From an uncultured Actinomycetes bacterium (GTDB taxonomy: Bacteria; Actinomycetota; Thermoleophilia; Gaiellales; Gaiellaceae), in the NCBI GenBank assembly GCA_963717765.1, contig CAVQWX010000006.1, positions 16,379 to 80,378 of the forward strand: a stretch of DNA of 64,000 nucleotides, read 5' to 3'. A program made the translations under genes and the position numbers. This document shows, one piece after another, positions 62,939 through 64,000 of the stretch. The notes beneath the pieces are model-generated. The model was not told where the DNA came from. It did no database searches and saw nothing but the letters and a program-made list of their open reading frames with translations. The number at the start of each line of letters is the position of its first letter. Positions within the stretch are counted from its first letter, which is position 1.

Positions 62939-63106
62939 GCACCTCGGGCTGGTGACCGCGCCGCTCGGGGCGGTCGCCACGGTGAGGCGCACCGGCAGTA
63001 CCGGCGCTATGCCACATTGATGGAGGAGATCGAGGTCGAGCCGGCTCCGGTTCCGTGCTAGCGCGGGATCTGCTTAAGGGTCGTTTAAGAGCGGGCCGGG
63101 AGGATG
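62939..63106 (+). repeat. direct repeat copy 2 (3' remnant of a second BTAD regulator gene plus leader)
   Basis: Encodes ...GEAHRQYRRYATLMEEIEVEPAPVPC-stop, followed by the same gcgcgggatctgcttaagggtcgtttaagagc leader as at 50319..50350. Confidence 0.9.
63073..63089 (+). promoter_or_regulatory. candidate activator box CTTAAG-N5-TTTAAG
   Basis: Identical to the box at 50331, 116 nt upstream of ATG 63189. Confidence 0.3.
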
Positions 63107-63188
63107 CCAGGTAGCGACCCTCGGCTCCGCCTTAGGGCCACTGAAGGCCGCTTTTTAGCATCGCTGACAGTCGACCGAAGGAGTGAAC

Positions 63189-64000
63189 ATGATGAGGCGC
63201 CTGTTCCTACTCACCGCTCTCTGCCTCGGCACGGCCATTGCCGCGCCGTCCCCCGATGCCGCGCGAGCCTCGTCGGTCGAGATCACCAGCGGCCAGCTTC
63301 GCTACCTCGCCGACAAGGCCGAAGACGGCAGCGAGGCAAACCACGTCAACATCTGGCTCGACGACGGCACGATCTACGTGCAGGACTCGACCGGCATCGA
63401 CCACAACTTTTCGAACGTCTGTTGGTACGACACTTCGATACGAGTGCTCTGCTGGGCGCCGGCTGTCTCCTCGCTCGAGGTTTCGACGGGCGGCGGAAAC
63501 GACTACGTGGCCGTTTCGGAGACGATCTCCCTTCCCGCCAGCATCTACGGGGGCGGGGGCAAGGACACCATCTACGGCGGAGCCGGCAACGACCACATCG
63601 AGGGCGGGGACCCGACGGGGCACGAGTGGGGCCCTATCGCCGGGGACGACGTGATCTATGGGCGCGGCGGGAACGACTTCCTGCGCGGCACATGGGCTAC
63701 GAACGTCCTGCACGGCGGCAAGGGAAACGACACGCTCTGGAACGAGAACGGCGACGAGGTTCTCTACGGCGACGAGGGCGACGACACGCTCGAGAGCTCC
63801 TTCGACCAATGTCCGCAGCCGTCGTCCACCTCCAAGCACAGCTATTTGTCGGGCGGGCCCGGGACCGACACGGCGGCCTACAGCGCCTACGCTAACGGGA
63901 CGTGCGACTCGACCGACGGCGTCGTCGTAACGCTCGACGGCTACTTCAACGACGGGGTCGCCGGAGAGAACGACAACGTCCAGACGAACGTCGAGATCGT
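63189..64000 (+). CDS. secreted RTX-like calcium-binding repeat protein, 5' part (runs off window end)
   Basis: Not in the ORF track. My translation: MMRRLFLLTALCLGTAIAAPSPDAARA... with GGxGxD-type nonapeptides (YGGGGKDTIYGGAGNDHIEGG, YGRGGNDFLRG, HGGKGNDTLW, YGDEGDDTLE, GGPGTDTA). Open to position 64000. Its RBS/start GAAGGAGTGAACATG is shared with gene 50396. Confidence 0.75.
   Translation, partial: MMRRLFLLTALCLGTAIAAPSPDAARASSVEITSGQLRYLADKAEDGSEANHVNIWLDDGTIYVQDSTGIDHNFSNVCWYDTSIRVLCWAPAVSSLEVSTGGGNDYVAVSETISLPASIYGGGGKDTIYGGAGNDHIEGGDPTGHEWGPIAGDDVIYGRGGNDFLRGTWATNVLHGGKGNDTLWNENGDEVLYGDEGDDTLESSFDQCPQPSSTSKHSYLSGGPGTDTAAYSAYANGTCDSTDGVVVTLDGYFNDGVAGENDNVQTNVEI

Noticed and set aside
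62771-63061. 96-aa ORF as an intact gene
   Set aside because: It is a chimera of an IS3 OrfA stub and the last ~40 codons of a BTAD regulator (duplicate of 50196..50319). It is a recombination scar, not a functional gene.

Overview
This is a very GC-rich window (about 70% by eye) with strong third-position GC bias and frequent ATGA/GTGA stop-start overlaps. It looks like an actinobacterial chromosome, probably of the Thermoleophilia / Rubrobacteria (Conexibacter- or Solirubrobacter-like) type. All family calls come from motif recognition by eye; no database search was possible.

Layout:
- 1-17.9 kb, core housekeeping: argS (5' part, runs off the window and is missing from the ORF track), an RCK potassium channel, an ECF sigma factor, the glycolytic operon gap-pgk-tpiA-gpmI, whiA, ogt, pruA, uvrC, hemQ and bcp.
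- 17.9-26.2 kb, a block of secreted proteins around tRNA-Leu(CAG): a TIGR03118-like protein, two S8 proteases, and a putative PHM-like copper monooxygenase fused to a cupredoxin.
- 26.2-36.7 kb, one long, translationally coupled minus-strand operon with an unusual enzyme mix: LLM oxidoreductase, M20, peroxiredoxin-like, FAH, MBL, two M24, a DRE-TIM synthase and two ketopantoate-reductase-like genes.
- 36.7-46.9 kb: three GNAT genes, a coxMSL-G type molybdoenzyme cluster with a scar at the coxS/coxL junction, and a secreted HExxH-polyPro-Big-PASTA protein.
- 47-64 kb, an IS-scarred accessory locus. It holds two intact large STAND/SARP(BTAD) regulators plus two SARP remnants. These are interleaved with secreted repeat proteins: M23 peptidase with C-terminal tandem repeats, a Gly-rich beta-helix-like protein, two tail-fibre-like paralogues, and an RTX-like protein.

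The accessory locus also carries an intact IS481-family element, an integrase remnant, other transposase remnants, about 169-nt direct repeats, and a shared AT-rich direct-repeat box upstream of three of the secreted-protein genes. I regard this last locus as the best candidate for an undescribed system, namely regulator-coupled secreted tail-fibre-like / lytic proteins. That interpretation is inference only.

No CRISPR array or rRNA was seen. Many long ORFs in the track are antisense or out-of-frame shadows typical of high-GC DNA and were rejected.
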